From assembly GCA_965248265.1 (NCBI GenBank), contig CBDFJF010000001.1:2560001-2624000 (forward strand): 64,000 nucleotides of DNA. The letters are read 5' to 3'. Origin of the DNA: Candidatus Latescibacterota bacterium (GTDB taxonomy: Bacteria > Latescibacterota > UBA2968 > UBA8231). The first letter of the stretch is position 1. The number at the start of each line of letters is the position of its first letter. Positions 63,490 to 64,000 of the stretch are shown here, piece after piece. Made by a program: the position numbers and the translations under genes. Below the pieces are notes generated by a model that searched no databases, was not told where the DNA came from, and saw nothing but the letters and a program-made list of their open reading frames with translations.

Positions 63490-64000
63490 GACGACGGCTG
63501 TCCATCTCCGTGGCCGCCGTAACCGTGTAACTCCAGTCTTCCAGCGACAGCGTGGGCAAACTCGACTGCTTCGGCATCAGCAGCGAAGGCGTACCCCCGA
63601 TCTGCTCGGACACTAGAGACGACAGTTTCAACTGTGGATTGCGCCGTTGGCAACCCGCAGAATTCAGCTGCACCGATCAAACTTGGCGCCGGATCGACCA
63701 GCAACTCCTCGTATTTGAGTTCGAGAATGGCATCAGGATTTCGCTCCTTCGCCGCCCTTGCTGCCACCATGTACTCTTCCCACAAACCGAAACCGCCCAC
63801 CAGGGTGGAGCAGCGCGCTGAAGAGGTAAAATTAGCCCGACCTGGGTAGATGGTGTACAGGGTGTTGTGGATGGAGGCGCGGCGCTTCTTTTCCTCGAGG
63901 ATTCCGCGCTCCCTATGGCGCAGGCTCATGGCGACATCGACTCCGTGGCGATAGACGTGAAGGACTCGAGCCTGAGGAAAGAGGTCCAGCCACAGGGGCA
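63486..64000 (-). CDS. Sulfotransferase family protein (5' truncated by window edge)
   Basis: Frame open to the edge: LWLDLFPQARVLHVYRHGVDVAMSL (3'-PB-like motif) and LKYEELLVDP. Confidence 0.75.
   Translation of the reverse strand, partial: PLWLDLFPQARVLHVYRHGVDVAMSLRHRERGILEEKKRRASIHNTLYTIYPGRANFTSSARCSTLVGGFGLWEEYMVAARAAKERNPDAILELKYEELLVDPAPSLIGAAEFCGLPTAQSTVETVVSSVRADRGYAFAADAEAVEFAHAVAGRLELHGYGGHGDGQPSS

Overview
GC-rich bacterial chromosome segment made up almost entirely of housekeeping genes, most on the minus strand. It probably comes from an uncultured diderm of the FCB group. Ca. Latescibacterota/PAUC34f-like is my inference, from secreted proteins carrying paired EF-hand/dockerin-like motifs plus FlgD/T9SS-type C-terminal domains, the mcsA-mcsB-clpC-bamA gene order and 16S features; it is not a database result. 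Contents in order: lysA (partial), ilvE, a putative outer-membrane beta-barrel, rsmA, holB, an orphan MalK-type ATPase, rimI, tsaB, ruvBAC, yebC, an EF-G II paralogue, a glycogenin-like GT8, and one complete rRNA operon (16S-tRNA-Ile-23S-5S) with hairpin-rich spacers. Then a HEAT-repeat protein, a GT39, an oxidoreductase, a 39-aa basic protein, pyrB, a 1.5-kaa FN3/dockerin/cohesin protein, fabZ-skp-bamA-clpC-mcsB-mcsA-lolD-lolC/E-prfB (+1 frameshift), an S8 protease, lolA, ftsK, a VWA protein, tsaD, a YbbR-like protein, a zinc-ribbon protein, a CX5R phosphatase, moaE/moaD, two more secreted CTD proteins, an O-antigen-ligase/TPR gene, a GT2 and a partial sulfotransferase. I found no mobile element, CRISPR array or defence island. 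The best lead is a set of large secreted proteins that carry dockerin-like and cohesin-like modules in one chain; one of them sits behind a near-consensus promoter and a ~325-nt structured leader. Other leads are the missing lpxD/lpxA around fabZ, a divergent 23S helix-71 loop, a MoaD with a C-terminal extension, and several short tandem duplications at gene ends. All domain calls are by eye and need HMM or structure confirmation.
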